A DNA stretch of 63,872 bases, counting the filler, from Aduncisulcus paluster (lineage: Eukaryota): the NCBI GenBank assembly GCA_024181965.1. It is 6 parts of 6 records of this genome, joined end to end, with 100 filler letters (N's around TTAATTAATTAA, not from the genome) between each part and the next. Parts side by side here need not be neighbours in the genome. Positions count along the whole stretch, not along the records: positions 13,314 to 38,045 come from BQXS01011092.1; 5 more parts are not named here. One strand, given 5' to 3'. Positions 24,271 through 35,908 of this stretch are shown piece by piece (within the stretch, counting starts at the first letter, position 1; each line of letters starts with the position of its first letter). Below the pieces are notes generated by a model. It saw only the letters and a program-made list of their open reading frames with translations, ran no database searches and was not told the origin of the DNA. The position numbers were made by a program, and so were the translations under genes.

Positions 24271-25873
24271 AAATTTTATATCTGCAACCGGCCAACTATT
24301 GTATTTTCATGCACAAATTCAGGAAAATCTTGAGATATTAAGCTCTAGAAATTTGAAATCGCGAATTTTCAATATCCGGATTTTTTTTTTTTTTCGAGAA
24401 TGGGTAAAAAGAACAAATAATATATAGGTCCTTTTTTAACCAGAATTTCTCCCACAGGTATTGAGGAACTCTGTACCTGTGGAAAAGGTGGTTTCGCCAC
24501 CTGTCAATCGTAAGAATTGACGGAGATTCTCCATATGTTTTGAAGAAACTTCTAAAAGATGGTAAGGCCGTTGTCAAAGCGTGACATAAGGAGTTCTATA
24601 TCCAAATGATGTTATCTACCAAATGTTTGCACCGCATGTAATAATAATAAATTTTGCTCACGGAATTATTTTATATTTTATTTTATCATAGTAATATTAC
24701 TAGGTATCGCTAAATGGCAACTATTCAACCTCCAATACTAGAGAACACAACGAACTCTTTTTTCAGTAAAACATAAGTTCAACATTATGGAAAACATAAG
24801 ATGTACTGATATGTAATCCGCTCCATATTGTAGTGATGACATATATGTTATACATCTAAAAATATGTGTTTAGCGCAAGAATTGTGTTATATAATAAATC
24901 TATTTTACTATAAAAATTGAATCTTAATTTATTAAAAACAGAAAAAACAAAATCGTTGGGGACCCCCTTTTTAAACATTGTAAGATAGATTCAGGGGGGG
25001 GGGGTCATCGGGGGGAGCAGGAATCGGAGCAGGAACAAAATAAAATACAACCCGAGACCAATCTTCCTATTCGTCATCGCATTAGTACTCCGAGTAGAAG
25101 GAGCCCTTCTTGTATCTTACTCTCATTCCCGATCTCTCATCAGTATCTTGATCTGTATACAGACTTATATTCATGCCTCAACTGTGAATAATCGACAAAA
25201 AGATATGTTCACAATGGCAAAAACGATTGAGAGATTAGGGAAGGATATCGAAACCTTGAAATGTACTGAAAAGCCTGCGATTCCTCCAAGCCACAGCTCC
25301 AGATAAGACAATCATGATCTTGAAGAAGACAAACATGAGCAAAAATCACGGGATGATATGGACATAAAAGATCTCACCGAAATTAAGGGAAAGATGCATT
25401 CTCCCGGAACGAGACCCTTTATTTTGGAGCAACACAACCATTTTGCGAAATTAATGTTAGATAAACTATTGAAGAGAGAAATATCTGAGAAGTTCTACTC
25501 TGAATCATATTCATCATTAGAAAAATCTGATATCGATGCTGGACTGATGAAATTGGCAACAGTCAAGTTACTGGTGAATAAGTTTGTATCACAAGCTGAA
25601 GAAATTAATGATATCATTAAGCTTTATAACGTGCGAAGAGAACTTATAAAAGAAATCAAATACTCATATTATTGGTATACTCTATATATATTACCTCTTC
25701 CCCGACTATTCACAACATTTCCAAGTGCCACTTCACAACAGTGTTGGATCACTTATCACCGTTTCAGGCTATTCCCGATGATCCTTATAGCCCAATGGCA
25801 TATGAATTACATAATACTTATATTCAATCCGCTAGAATAGCTCTTACTATTGAAACCGAACCCATTCATTTCC

Positions 25874-26131
25874 CTAAATTTGCTTTAATCTCTGATTATA
25901 CGAGATTTTGTATTCAAAATGGGATTCCCCAATAGTTATATGTCCCATCATTATTTTCATGGATGGCGTAGCGACTGGAAAGCTTGGACATACATCATTT
26001 TCTATTGTTATCTCATATAGATGGCGCTTGATCTCTCGGTTTACCCTCTCCACTGCCCCATTTGATTGTGAGTGAGCTGGGGTAGTTACTTGGTGTTTGA
26101 CGCCAAAGGTGTCCCAGAGATGGTCAGTCAA
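25874..26131 (-). mobile_element. Integrase core fragment
   Basis: 'FGVKHQVTTPAHSQSNGAVERVNREIKRHL'. Confidence 0.75.
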
Positions 26132-26764
26132 GAAACATGCAAACTGTAATCGAGAGCCTCAATGACGTATCTTTCTTCCTTACTAGCACTATTGGGCTGA
26201 CCCAGTCGCTTTCTGATCGTGTAATATGTCCATCTTCAAACAGCTTGTCCAGAGTTTCCTTGGTTATTTTCATGAGGGGTGGTGAGAGGAATGTGTCTTG
26301 CTCTTAATGGGGATCTGATCCTCATCGATGAGTGAGATTTCGTATGGTTTCAATTTAGATCCATTAAATATCTTTGGCCAAGGAGAGAAAAATATCTCCC
26401 TCTTTTTTCTTGGAGAGGATCATGGAGGGGTTTCGAAACAAAATGATTTTTGGAAGTCTTACTTATAGTTCTGCTTCCCATAATTGAAGCCAGAGAAAGA
26501 GATGGGAAAGGAAGAGAAGAGATTCTACAGTTGGCTCTATATACAACCCTAATCATTCAAAGCCTCAATAGTTTGAATCCGAGTGATGAGGAGGTCCGTC
26601 TTTGCCAATCAATCATGAGAATGAGAAACAACATCATTAGGAACCAAGGAATTGATACAACCTTGTATGTACACATGGAGGAAGCACATTATCATCAATT
26701 CATTAAAATTGGGGACCCATGCAATTAGACGAATCAGGAGATCATGCCGAGAGAAGGCAACGGT

Positions 26765-27306
26765 AAACAAAATAATTGCCCAGACTGATATAATCAAGCT
26801 TCATTGTATTCAACACAAATCTATGGTGCAGAGTGACCATGATATAACAAGATTCAGACGAAATCATTCTCACTACCTTAAGGCTTACAAAGCAGCAGTA
26901 GAAATCCATCAATTAGAAAGAACACCATTCTCCCTCACTTCCAGTCGGTTTGAATCGAGAGAGATCATTCCTTTAGTATTAAACCGAGCCGACTCAATTC
27001 ATTGGAAAAATCTTATCGGATGTCANNNNNNNNNNNNNNNNNNNNTAAACAAAATAATTGCCCAGACTGATATAATCAAGCTTCATTGTATTCAACACAA
27101 ATCTATGGTGCAGAGTTACCATGATATAACAAGATTCAGACGAAATCATTCTCACTACCTTAAGGCTTACAAAGCAGCAGTAGAAATCCATCAATTAGAA
27201 AGAACACCATTCTCCCTCACTTCCAGTCGGTTTGAATCGAGAGAGATCATTCCTTTAGTATTAAACCGAGCCGACTCAATTCATTGGAAAAATCTTATCG
27301 GATGTC
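26765..27306. other. Duplicated flanks around a 20-N scaffold gap (likewise at gaps 30164-30183, 46043-46062, 55500-55519)
   Basis: The ~200-450 bp before each gap is repeated after it, in two cases with one SNP. Typical of unmerged overlaps. Confidence 0.9.
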
Positions 27307-28549
27307 ACTATTGATGTCCTAGCCGGGGATAGTTCTCTTCCTCTTGTCTATTTTTAGCCCTTGAGAAACTCACCAAGTAGAGGCTAATATTACGTACAGA
27401 GTGGAACCAAAATCCGTATCGAGGGTGCACAAAAAGAAAAAGAAGATGGAAGGAAAAAGATGAATGATGTGTATATACATTATTCAAAGCTTAGAAACAG
27501 AAAAAATGAAGCGGAAAGGAGAGAGTGAAAATCCTGCAACTGGAATGTTCTCATTTGGAGAGAAGCATTCAACTTTCTGATGACTCATCATATCATATGA
27601 AGAATGACTCTTTGGCAGAATGTTCTGCAGCAAGCGTTAAAAAATCTGAGTCAGATGGTGCGGAAAAGAAAGATATCAAAGTCCAAGAAATTAAGGAGAA
27701 ACAACCAAGCAATGAACAAATGGATGGTCGCCCTTGGTTTTCCTTTTTTCATTCAGTATCGTGATCAAAATGGAGAAGATGTTAGCGATTCAATAAATTT
27801 GTTTCACAGAGTCCAAAACTCAGTGAATCCATTGATGATATTGTGAAGAGTAAGCACGATCAGTATTGTTTCTCGAAGGCCTCAACGGTACAGTACAAAG
27901 TACTATTACCACGAGAGAATCTAATCCCTCTATTAGTACTACTATCCATAGTATGTCTTCTCAGAAACAAAGTACTATTACTCCGAGAGCTTTGACATTG
28001 ACGATTACGAGAAAAGATAAGGTCCCAGTAATCTCGGATAGCATAGATCCCGGAAGGGCTGCCCTATCGGGGTGCAAATCTATTAGAAGTTTTTGGTGAT
28101 TTATTATGGGAAAAGGTTCTAAAACAAAAATGGTGAAAGCTACGGACGTTTCTTCTGGTGAAATTCCTAAAGGAAAATCAAAAGTGGGAAGGGAGAAATC
28201 TGGTGTGATTGTCGACGTCCCTGGGGATGGTTTGATCGTGGAACATGAACCTAGTGAAACTAAAAGTCATGAATTAGGTAGTGAAGTAACTGGATCACCT
28301 TTTACGATGGTGTAAGGCGTTCGAGTAGGAAAGAACAAACGAAGCAAATGTCAAGCAAGAAACAGAAAAAAAGTGCTTAACCTCCTGTCACCCCACGGAT
28401 TAAAACTATTAAGGAAACATCTAAAGAAAAAATTAAAAGGTGTGGCGATTTTCGCTTTCGTGAATCTTTGAGATATACAAACATGGTGTAATTAGATACA
28501 TAGAAGAGCATTCCGATCGATTATTGGATGAAATTCAAGACATCTATCA

Positions 28550-28620
28550 AGCTTCTGCTTCATTGATGAGACCGGGATAGATAGCAAAAGTCACCGTAGT
28601 GGCTTCGCGGTAGAACAAGC
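28550..28620 (+). mobile_element. Tc1/IS630 transposase first-Asp motif relic
   Basis: 'CFIDETGIDSKSHRSG'. Confidence 0.55.
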
Positions 28621-29939
28621 CCTTTTTTTAAATATATTTTTCGTTTTTGTAAAACCTTATCTTTTGTTCCGTTACTAACGAAACTAAATTTTTAGTTTTT
28701 GTTCGTGTTCACCAGAGTAAAACAAAGTTTGTCTACTGGAGATCAACAAGTTCGTTATCTTATCACATATTCGCAGCCACTAAAAATACAAAATTGACTT
28801 AGAATGAAAAGAAGAGTAAGAGAAGCAGATATTGTAGCCCTGACTCGTAAGGTTGGGGTGAGAAAACTATATGAAACTCGCCATTCACAACATCTCCGAG
28901 AAAAGGCTGAAAAAACAACAGAAATAATAGTATTTGCTATTAGATTTATTGTTTTTACTTTATTTTTTATTTCAATAATCCCAAAGGATTATTTATCAAG
29001 TTTTACTTTTGTTATGGCCGTTGACCTACTTTGTGGGAAGGCCCTAACCAGGAATTGGAAAGGGATTTCCACAGAGACAAAGGAAATCATATTACGATGG
29101 CCACAAATTCTCGGGTATTGGGGAAAATGGCCCAAGTTCTTGAATTCAAAAAAACTTTCATATCAAATCATGAGATACTCAAGAACTTGGGCCATTTGTG
29201 CCGAGACTGCCTTCAGAGAGAATGATAAAAGGTTGAAATCTACTGTACTACCATGGAATTCGACAAGGGCACAAGAACTGTTTCGGTCAAAATATGCTCT
29301 TGTGCCTTTGTCGAATTCCTCTACTCGCCATATTTATCCACAATACAATCTCTCGGCCAGGGGAAGGTCATTAGAACGTAAATTTACGACACAGTTTAAA
29401 AAAATAAGCCCGTTTATTTTAAGTTAAATATTATATTTTTATATTATTATAATATCTAGACGCCAAGATACAGGGGTTACACGTGGAATAATGCAGACTG
29501 TTTCTATCAGGCACTTCTTGTGGCTATGGGGTTTGACTAGGCTCTACTACCATACGTCATATTGATAATGAACAAAAGTTCATTCAGGTTAAGGCCTCAG
29601 AGAGTCCTTTGAAGTTGATCAAAGATCTTCTTCAAAAGTCTGTGGAAAGGCTTCCCAGGCCGGAGAAACCCCGTTTGGTGCTGCTATATGCGACCCACGG
29701 CTGGTATCCTCTGGTGGAGGTCTCTTACAAGTTGGTGCCGGAAGGGGAATGTGGCACCAGGCGTCTTGGATTCGATAGAATCCACGGAATTGGCCACAGC
29801 CAAGGATAACAGCCATAGCTATATGATCTGTAGTATTGAAAAAAAGAAGAAGAAGACTTCTTCCAGCAAGGACAAAGCTGCCCACAAGGAGCAGGCAAGG
29901 ATGAAGGCATCCAAAGATTCCACCTAAGAACTATCAGCC

Positions 29940-30610
29940 GCTACTTAAAGCTGAAAGTCTAACAAGAAAGGTAATGAAGTTGTTGGCAAAATGACACAGA
30001 TTGATCCCGGAAGAGTTGTAGTATTCGGGATTTCATTTGTTTTTTTGGGAGAGAAGATATGATAAGACCATGACCAAGCAGATCGAAATTGGAAACTAAC
30101 GCGTTTAGGATCCCCCTTGGAAAGAAAACTGCTCGATTGGAAAGAGAAAGTTGCCAAGAATCCNNNNNNNNNNNNNNNNNNNNCAAAGATTCCACCTAAA
30201 AACTATCAGCCGCTACTTAAAGCTGAAAGTCTAACAAGAAAGGTAATGAAGTTGTTGGCAAAATGACACAGATTGATCCCGGAAGAGTTGTAGTATTCGG
30301 GATTTCATTTGTTTTTTTGGGAGAGAAGATATGATAAGACCATGACCAAGCAGATCGAAATTGGAAACTAACGCGTTTAGGATCCCCCTTGGAAAGAAAA
30401 CTGCTCGATTGGAAAGAGAAAGTTGCCAAGAATCCTACAATCAATCAATGGATGGAGTGGGTGTTGTGCGGAAAGCGAAAAGTAGTATCCTGGCTATCAA
30501 AGCCGCTATTATTAATGCTCCGAGAATCCAGAGAGTACAATTTAAGTGGATTTGGGAACAGATGTAAAGTCAGAAAAAGGGTAATGGAAGGGCTTTGTAG
30601 GAAAGATTGG
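29940..30610 (+). pseudogene. Fanzor/TnpB-like relic (RuvC-I region to bridge helix), with stops and frameshifts
   Basis: 'KMTQIDPGRVVVFGISF' (Asp codon at 30275; artefactual copy at ~30003) parallels 'LIGLDPGRVMQFGVA' at 34350. A later segment reads 'RIQRVQFKW..QKRVMEGLCRK'. Confidence 0.5.
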
Positions 30611-30617
30611 GTTTCAG

Positions 30618-31215
30618 GTGGACAAACCAATCTTTTCTCTTGATTATCTCCATATGGAAAAGAAGGGAGTCATTTCCACATATCTAAACTTGACTCTGTT
30701 CTTTCTTCGGAGAGTTCGAAGAAGCACAGCCTACGCACTCCGCATCATGAATTGGCGTTTATCAACACTAGGACTTCCTCCAGTCCATAAAGATGATGTG
30801 AAGAACTGGGAAGGCTATCATCTTTCTCTTTTCCTGCACTTATCTCCGCTGATATTAGGATATTTGGTCTGTAACCCAAAGGTATTGGAATTGTGGGATA
30901 CTACAGAATACTACATGTGGTCCCTATTTAAGCTCAAAGATATATCTCATGCGATGGTTATTGAAAAAATTATCAAGAAAAGTCGACGGATATTTCTAGA
31001 GCTCCATCAAGAAAGATATGCAATGGAATTGGAATTTGGAGAAGAAATAACTCCATTAATTAAGTCTCTCATGCTCCATTCCTTTGCGGCTCATCTTGTT
31101 GATCAATTTTGGCTCCATGGTGGTCTCCAGTTGGGGGGGATACAAGCATGTTCGAATCCAAACATCGCGAAGTGTCAACCCTCATTCGGAGCACATCAAG
31201 CCAAGGGGATACAAT
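30618..31215 (+). mobile_element. CACTA/CMC-like (EnSpm/Plavaka-type) transposase C-terminal relic
   Basis: 'KNWEGYHLSLFLHLSPLIL..LHSFAAHLVDQFWLHGGL', then a frameshift in the G-run at ~31133-31139 into 'DTSMFESKHREV' (catalytic-Glu-like block). Confidence 0.5.
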
Positions 31216-31229
31216 GGAACGTATGAAAC

Positions 31230-31380
31230 GACTACGTATATCATCCTCAACAATGCCAAGATCCATCACATGGGTGATGCCATCTTTTTGGCTGAGTCGC
31301 TGAACATTGTGTTAATCTTCCTTCCAGCCTATTGTCCGTTTCTAACCCCAATAGAATACATGTTCAGTTCCATTGAGTGA
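31230..31380 (+). mobile_element. Tc1/IS630 DDE_3 relic (second Asp to Glu region)
   Basis: 'YIILNNAKIHH...IFLPAYCPFLTPIEYMFSSIE' is a degenerate DNA..H / P.YSP.LNPIE. Confidence 0.75.
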
Positions 31381-31833
31381 AATGGCTCATCATACGAGAG
31401 TTGATTCCATCTATGCACAACAAAGAGTAGGAGCTTTGATGCATTACTGTTTTCTTATTATAAAAGTGTTCCATATTGTAAGAGATTAGAGAATGATTGA
31501 TTAGAAATAACCTTATATATCAATCAATTTTAGCTCAAATTACAGTACAAGATGATTCTTGTGGGGAAGATTTCCTCTACATCGGAGGATATCTGATCTG
31601 TGTTGTAGCTGATTCTCCCCAAAGGGCAAAGAATGGAACGGCAACTAACATCCCAAGGTGGATCTCATCTATATCGTCTCTGTTCAGCAACAGGGAGGGA
31701 TCTTCTGTACGGAATCCCAGGGACCAGAGTAGAAGTCAGCTCAAAGACGACTTAATTTGGGATGAAAGATTGGCCTTTGATTCAGTATTTCACCAGGTAC
31801 CAGATGTGATGCATCCTGAGACTTGAGAAACAT

Positions 31834-32493
31834 ATGTTGGAATTCCTTGAGCTTATTCTCCCAAGGGACAAACTTGTTGTTCTGAAGGGAAGATGTAAGG
31901 AAGCAAAGATAGAATATCCAATCTCTGGGTCATCAGCAACAAGGCTAAAGAAGTTCCTCGTCTGGTTTGGAGAGAAAGAAACCAGTTTAATCTCAAAAAG
32001 GAGAATTCAGACTCTTCTTTCTAAAGCAGAGAGAAGCTTTCGAGGGAAAACTCAACGAGATGAGGAAAAACTCCTAATAGAAGAGTCTTTGAGTGTGATG
32101 AAGATTCACATGGAAGTTGGGGTTCGGAAATGTTTTTCATTATATGCTAAATATATTGGAAAACTTCCATACGTTTCAAACGTTCTAGCAGTGGATGAGA
32201 TTCTTCCCTTATTAACTGAACATAGGAAGTTCTTTGTTCCACTTTGGTGGATGTTCAGAGAAGGGGAAAGTAATGTTGAACGGAACCCAATTACTTTGTC
32301 TTCATCCATTCATAACTCACTTGCACTATATTGTGCTGAGTTATGGATCTCCAATACTGACACAGCCAGCTTTGAACGAGCCAACAAAAGACCCAAGAGA
32401 GTGATTGGTTCTGTTCGAACTGTTAGTGTTGATAGAGGAAGATGCAGATACCTCAAGACATCTTTCTGTTACTGGCGATCATCATCTTTCTGA
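31834..32493 (+). mobile_element. Possible second CMC-like transposase C-terminal relic
   Basis: 'IHNSLALY..NTDTASFERANKRPK' echoes the 'DTSMFESKH' block of the 30618 relic. Confidence 0.35.
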
Positions 32494-32605
32494 TATCTCG
32501 AGACCTCTTTCCGTCTATAGCACATGGGTGCCACTCTAGACCATACTCAAGCAAAAATATGGTGTCAAAGCGCTTGTCTGGACAGATTGGTATTGTCCTA
32601 ACGAA

Positions 32606-33454
32606 TTGTTTGGCCAACTGTTGCACAGGGAAAGGGAAAATAATTTAAGTGAAATAAGATCGTTAAGAGGAAGAGAAAGTAGAATATCAATAACTTCGGT
32701 TCATGAACATGATGTTGTAACTAGTTCGGAAATTACATTGGAAATGGATTTCGGAGCCATTTTAGGTCCAGATTATGCGGAAACTAATGTGCAAGAGACT
32801 GAGGTTCAGGCTCAAGTTGAGGACCTTATCCCTATTTCAGGATATTGTATTCCTCATAGCGCTGCTGCCCATGATGATACAGCAAATGGATATTTGTATT
32901 TTGATGACGTCTTTGCATTTATATGTGACGAAAAACAGCGGAATCTAAATCTAAACATGAAAAGCTGTACATCACGGCACCCATGTGTTTGCTGTTGCTC
33001 TGATCTCATTAGTGACCCTACCGCACTAGGATGTGAACGAACTCCAACCACCCATACTGTTGACACAGGAAAGAAAGGCCCGCCATTGTTTCCTCATGAG
33101 TCATCACAACTGTCATCATTTCAACTATTCAAACATCAAACGTTTGATATTCTACACAGTTGTTACAAATCCCAAGTTTTACGGTCTTTGAACGCCCTTT
33201 TTGATCGAGTGGTTTCAAAAATGGGATATACTGCAATATATTCCATTCTTTACGAGAGGATCCTGGAGGGGTTTGAGACAAAGAAGTTTTTGGAGTTTCT
33301 GCTTATCTTCAATCTGCCATTGGTCGAAAGTGAGCAGAGAAGGTGTCATATCGACGACAAGAAGTTTGTATTGGACATTTCTATCTTCACCACCCTTGTC
33401 ATATATGGAATGAATGACGATTCAGTAACTCATGAGAAAGTTGCATTCATCTAA
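32606..33454 (+). mobile_element. CACTA/CMC-like transposase core relic
   Basis: 'AFICDEKQRNLNLNMKSCTSRHPCVCC' (D...C-x2-C) followed by 'FDILH', the D / CxxC / D-x-H arrangement of CMC-type transposases. Confidence 0.5.
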
Positions 33455-33486
33455 GGAGTTATGAGAATTATTTGAAAAGAGAATAA

Positions 33487-34850
33487 TTGAAATTGTATAT
33501 AAAGATGATTACAGTCTTTACAAATTTCAGTGTGAATGCCACTCTACATCCTTTTCCAAACACCTATAAAAATCTTTTAGATGACCGCAAAGAAATGTTA
33601 ATAGATAGATTGAATTACATTATAACCGAAGAATATCGAGCCAAAATAGCGAGAAAAAGGCCAGAATATCCCTCAAAGCGATTAGTAGACGATGTTAGAT
33701 TTTGGATGGAAAAGACCTATGGAATGACTATGGAAGGAGACGCGTCTGATGAACAAATGATTACAGAAATTATACACCAATTAATTATTGAAGAAGATGA
33801 AAAAAGGAAACAAGAAGAAGAGGAAGAGAGAATTAGAATTATTCAAGGTGGAGGAGAAGTTGAGGTGCCCGTACTCCCATTTTCTGGCCTCAGTGCTCAC
33901 TTGATTACTGAGGCCAGAAAATGGGAGGTAAATGCCCTCCAAACATTTATAAGGAGGGTAAAAAGGGAATTTGGGATGAATGTATATAAGTTTTCCCCTG
34001 AAATGGGTGAAAAGTTAAAAAAAAGGTCCCGGCGGATTCCTAAGAACTGCCTCTCTCTTCCTCCACTAAATTAAGATACGTTACTGTTAATACTAATAGA
34101 TTATCAAAAATAGTGGGGGAAGAGGGGAAAATTGTCCTAAAAAAACAAAGGAAGAGACTCCTACGGAAATACGCCATAAAATCATTCAAGAAACAGACAT
34201 CAGTTTCCACTGATGGTGTCAGTGTTTCCATTACGAATTACGTAACGGGATTACTCCTTGAACTTCAAGTTGGTTTTGAAAACCAACAAAACGGTAACCT
34301 ACAGAGCATAAAAATGAGATATCCCACCAGGACGAAGAAATTCATGCTCATAGGGTTGGACCCCGGGAGGGTAATGCAATTTGGGGTGGCATTGTTGGAA
34401 TGGGATGGCTGCAGCTTCCAAAAGACACTTTCTTCGGATAAAAAGGGAGCATTCCTCCTGAAAAAACCCAAGTGGTTTATGGGAGTTGCAGCCGATGAGG
34501 AGGATGCTCATATAATCCCTATGAAAACCGGCCCCGATGTAAGATTCAATTTTTCAAAGTCGAAGGCCAAAATTAGGTTTGAAAACCACCAAAGAAAATT
34601 GTCCCATATGCAAAAATTTGCCTCTAAACTGAGTTCTGAGGCTAAAACAAGATGTGGTCCGTGTCAGTGTTTCCATCACAAATTACGTGGTGGGATTAAT
34701 ACACTGTAAGGGAAAAAAACAACTTGTTGAACTGAGTGGCCCACTACCGAGCATCAAAATGAAATATCACACTAGCACTAAGAAATTCGCGCTCATTGGT
34801 TTGGATCTTGGGAGCGTAATGGAATTTGGGGTGGCATTATTGCAATGGGT
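33487..34850 (+). pseudogene. Fanzor1-like RNA-guided nuclease relic (frameshift at ~34040, truncated before RuvC-II) with a tandem partial duplicate
   Basis: Motifs in order: 'SGLSAHLITEARKWEVN..F', 'LPLSSSTKLRYVTVNT', 'STDGVSVSI' (34209), 'LIGLDPGR' (Asp 34359), 'KAKIRFENHQRKLSHMQKFASKL'. A second copy 'VSVSITNY..LIGLDLG' lies at 34654-34850. Confidence 0.68.
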
Positions 34851-35908
34851 CGTATGTGTAGGGGTTAATACCCTGCGATCTTACGCTTCTAGTATATCCG
34901 ACACAGATTATTTTCTTCCATACATCCAATTGCCTCAGACTACGTATATGTACAATACGGTAACTCACTCACCAAATATATCCACAAACTGAAACTTTCT
35001 TGACATCCTGTTATTTAGATATTTAAACCATGTATGTCTTGCCCACCCACCCACCCTACATACATGACTTTTGAAGTTTCTAGAGTCCAACAACTTTTTG
35101 AATCACTAATCCAAACTCACATGAAGCACTAAACCAAACTCACATCGCTCTCTCTCTCAGATATCAGGAAAATATCAAAGAAGAACCCCAAGACTCGAGA
35201 GAAAGTTTACTGCTGCAAAAACAAGATCCCAAATTAACCAGAGCAAATCGATTAATTAATCAACCAACCGACAGTGATGAATTGTATCTATTAATATCAG
35301 AAAAAAGGGGGATAAACAACGATGGAATCTTCTTTGATATCACACGTGTATCCACTCGTGCTTCTAAACATTCTATCCTTCAGAGCCTCAGCAGAGACAT
35401 GCAGAAGATCGGACTTTGACTTTAATTGAATGATTGAACTGGAATCTGTACCGTCTGACATGTCCTTCATGGACCTGGAAGATGATTCTTCAGAAACTCC
35501 AGAAACAACATGAGATGTCGTGTGAGAAAAGTCAAGTTTGGGGATAAAAACTGTATATTGAACACTCGTTTGTGAACCTTTACGGGATAGTCGGATCACA
35601 TGTGACACGATAATAAAGAAACTAACTGTTCCGTCATAGTTATTTCCATTTTTAGGGAAGTAACTATGTTCTGATGATCAAAGGAATGGCGAGGAATATA
35701 TATTTTCATTTGGTTTGACCAGGGATAGGAAAAGGCATGGATATTCGAGACGAAGAGGATGAGTTGGCAGAGAAGGGTGGAACTTCTGAACAGATATTAC
35801 TAATATATAATATAATCATTAGTAACGATTGTGGAAGGAAGATTGGCCAGACATGAAGGGACTGTTTTGGCTGGGTTTTATTCCATATCAATCACACAAA
35901 TATCACAA

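Noticed and set aside
27866-28315. Possible LTR/PBS plus gag start (MGKGSKTK..)
   Set aside because: No matching LTR, clear PBS or gag motif.
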